The notes beneath the pieces are model-generated. The model worked only from the letters and a program-made list of their open reading frames with translations. It did no database searches and had not been told where the DNA came from. Of a stretch of DNA of 38,725 nucleotides, positions 36,818-38,725 are shown one piece after another (positions within the stretch are counted from its first letter, which is position 1; every line of letters begins with the position of its first letter). A program made the position numbers and the translations under genes. This DNA comes from Dehalococcoidia bacterium (GTDB lineage Bacteria > Chloroflexota > Dehalococcoidia > Dehalococcoidales > E44-bin46), in NCBI GenBank assembly GCA_004376105.1, contig SOKA01000043.1, positions 1 to 38,725 on the forward strand, in the 5' to 3' direction.

Positions 36818-37057
36818 ATGATTTCTTATCCCATCTGCACTCAGAATAGAATGACTGCTGACGAGATTGCCAGACTTCAAATAGGGATACATCCCGCGCT
36901 CATGGCTTCACCAGTAGCCTACCAGCTCATCAACGCAGCGGAACTTGCTGTTAAAGCGAGGAAGTCGGTGAGCAAGAATCAGCAGTTTAACCCTCTTGTA
37001 TCACTTGTTGATGACAGAATAACACCCGCTGGCGACAACATAACACCACTTGAATAA
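36818..37057 (+). pseudogene. C-terminal fragment of a pyridine nucleotide-disulfide (NADH oxidase-like) flavoprotein
   Basis: QNRMTADEIARLQIGIHPALMASPVAYQLINAAELA resembles the dimerisation-domain terminus of this family. No FAD/NAD domains lie upstream. Confidence 0.58.
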
Positions 37058-37085
37058 AAATTAACACAGTGGTAATCTTTGACAA

Positions 37086-38725
37086 ATGGGCAAGCCAAAA
37101 CAAGCCTTAAATGATAGCCGCCGCGTAACTACTAGCGGCGATATTGAAGTCTCCACCTATTTGGAGATTGCTAAGGAGCTTGGCGGTGAGCAGCCCTTGG
37201 CATTAAAAGAAGTTACACCTAGTGCTGAGCGGGAAGCCATAATTGTCATCGATTTCGGCTCACAATATAGCCTGCTCATTGTCCGACGAATACGCGAATG
37301 CCAGGTATACTGTGAGCTACTACCCTATGATACCCCGTGGGAAAAGATAGCCCCGTTGAATCCCAAGGGATTTATCCTCTCCGGAGGACCAGCTAGTGCT
37401 TATAAACCAGGCGCACCCCTGGCTCCAGCCTACATTTATGAAAGCCATCTACCAATATTGGGCATATGCTACGGGATGCAAGTCCTTACCAAGCAACTAG
37501 GAGGAAAGGTTACTCCGGGAGCAAAGTATGAGTATGGTCACGCTATCCTTCACTTGAGTGATATAGATTCACCTCTATTTGCCGATTTATCTTCCTCCTC
37601 CCCGGTATGGATGAGCCACGGTGACCAAATTGAAAAAATGCCACCTGGTTTCACTGCCTTAGCCTATACTGAAAATTCACCTATTGCCGTTATGGGCAAT
37701 GAGAAAGGAATATTTGGTCTCCAATTTCATCCTGAGGTAGCCCATACCCCTCAGGGAAAAACTATCCTAAAGAATTTCGCCTACCGAATATGTGGCTGCC
37801 AGGGAAACTGGACGGTAGGCAACCTCATAGATGAGAGTATATCCAGAATTAGAAAGCAAGTAGGTAAAGGTAAGGTCATCAGTGCTCTCTCCGGCGGAGT
37901 TGATTCCTCAGTAGTAGCCACCCTCATCCACCGAGCTATCGGTGACCAGCTCACCTGTATCTTTGTAAATCATGGGCTACTACGTCGTGAAGAGGTAGAA
38001 AGAACCTTTAATGTCTTCCGGCTTAATCTAGGCATGAATATTATCTATGTTGATGCCAGTAAAAGATTCCTTAGCCGCCTAAAAGGGGTAACAGACCCTG
38101 AGATGAAGCGCAAGGTTATTGGTGAGGAATTTATCAAAGTATTTGAGGAGGAAGCTAGCAAGATAGGTAAGGTTGACTTTCTGGCTCAGGGAACCCTATA
38201 CCCTGATGTTATTGAGAGTGCATTATCAGGCAGTGCCTCAGCCAAAATAAAAACCCATCACAATGTTGGTGGTTTGCCAGCCAAGATGACGCTCAACTTG
38301 CTTGAACCTTTGCGGTACCTGTTTAAGGACGAGGTGCGCCAAGTAGGGTTGGAGCTGGGTCTCCCCGAGGAGATGATATGGCGACAGCCCTTTCCCGGTC
38401 CGGGCTTAGCCATCCGCATTATTGGTGAGGTAACCAAGGAGAAGCTAGAGATACTGCGCGGTGCTGACTGGATTGTAATGAACGAGATTAAGAAGGCAAA
38501 GCTATACCGCCAGTTATGGCAGAGCTTTGCTATACTCACCGATGTCAAATCTGTAGGGGTAATGGGGGACTACAGAACCTATGGCTACCTGGTTGCTGTC
38601 CGTGCTGTAACCAGCGAGGATGCTATGACCGCTGACTGGGCACGCCTTCCTTACGACCTGCTGGCTAGGATTTCAAACCGCATCGCCAACGAGGTGCCCG
38701 GAGTAAACCGGGTAGTCTATGATAT
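37086..38725 (+). CDS. guaA: GMP synthase (glutamine-hydrolysing), runs off the right edge
   Basis: Not in the ORF track; translated by hand. [56 protein letters not shown], ...VNRVVYD. It has an N-terminal extension of about 45 aa. Confidence 0.96.
   Translation, partial: MGKPKQALNDSRRVTTSGDIEVSTYLEIAKELGGEQPLALKEVTPSAEREAIIVIDFGSQYSLLIVRRIRECQVYCELLPYDTPWEKIAPLNPKGFILSGGPASAYKPGAPLAPAYIYESHLPILGICYGMQVLTKQLGGKVTPGAKYEYGHAILHLSDIDSPLFADLSSSSPVWMSHGDQIEKMPPGFTALAYTENSPIAVMGNEKGIFGLQFHPEVAHTPQGKTILKNFAYRICGCQGNWTVGNLIDESISRIRKQVGKGKVISALSGGVDSSVVATLIHRAIGDQLTCIFVNHGLLRREEVERTFNVFRLNLGMNIIYVDASKRFLSRLKGVTDPEMKRKVIGEEFIKVFEEEASKIGKVDFLAQGTLYPDVIESALSGSASAKIKTHHNVGGLPAKMTLNLLEPLRYLFKDEVRQVGLELGLPEEMIWRQPFPGPGLAIRIIGEVTKEKLEILRGADWIVMNEIKKAKLYRQLWQSFAILTDVKSVGVMGDYRTYGYLVAVRAVTSEDAMTADWARLPYDLLARISNRIANEVPGVNRVVYD

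Noticed and set aside
36858-36864. CTGACGA as a second hammerhead core
   Set aside because: No GAAA or stems in register, and it lies in a protein-coding remnant. The other CTGATGA matches I noticed fall inside CDSs, though my scan was by eye.
108-38548. Numerous 60-165 aa ORFs antisense to or nested in identified genes (e.g. 712-954, 3759-4091, 10663-11160, 20546-20992, 38258-38548)
   Set aside because: Shadow frames of well-supported genes, with no motifs.
1-38725. CRISPR array, tRNA, rRNA or intact IS element
   Set aside because: No regularly spaced repeats, cloverleaf-compatible segments or transposase frames seen in the intergenic regions.

Overview
A bacterial chromosomal window. The gene set (ilv operon, N-terminally extended GuaA, DUF5679-like remnant, NarL-type system) suggests an anaerobic Chloroflexota/Dehalococcoidia-like organism, but that is inference. 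Left to right: ilvC-ilvN-ilvB-ilvD, rpiB, tsaC; a tyrosine-recombinase scar; a cytoplasmic DmsA-type molybdoenzyme whose DmsB partner carries an inserted GltD/NfnB flavin module; a long minus-strand sulfur/Fe-S/thiazole cluster headed by an Rrf2 regulator (rrf2, thiF/moeB, csd-like, cysK, cysE, metB-like, thrC-like, NIL, iscS, iscU, thi4, DUF6775-like, thiS-like, MOSC, nadA), bracketed by two inverted rhodanese-lipoprotein paralogs; a Hox/Bfu-type NiFe hydrogenase whose NuoF subunit is fused to a second GltD/NfnB module; a two-component system; a patch of gene fragments; and guaA. The main find is a complete type II hammerhead ribozyme (13022-13082, minus strand, GUC cleavage site) on the sense strand inside the sulfur cluster, between thiS and the MOSC gene. 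Other notable items are a +1 frameshift separating CysE from its CysK-docking C-terminal Ile tail, and a Cys-type (suicide) Thi4 translationally coupled to a protease-like gene and a sulfur carrier. All assignments come from reading the sequence; no searches were run.
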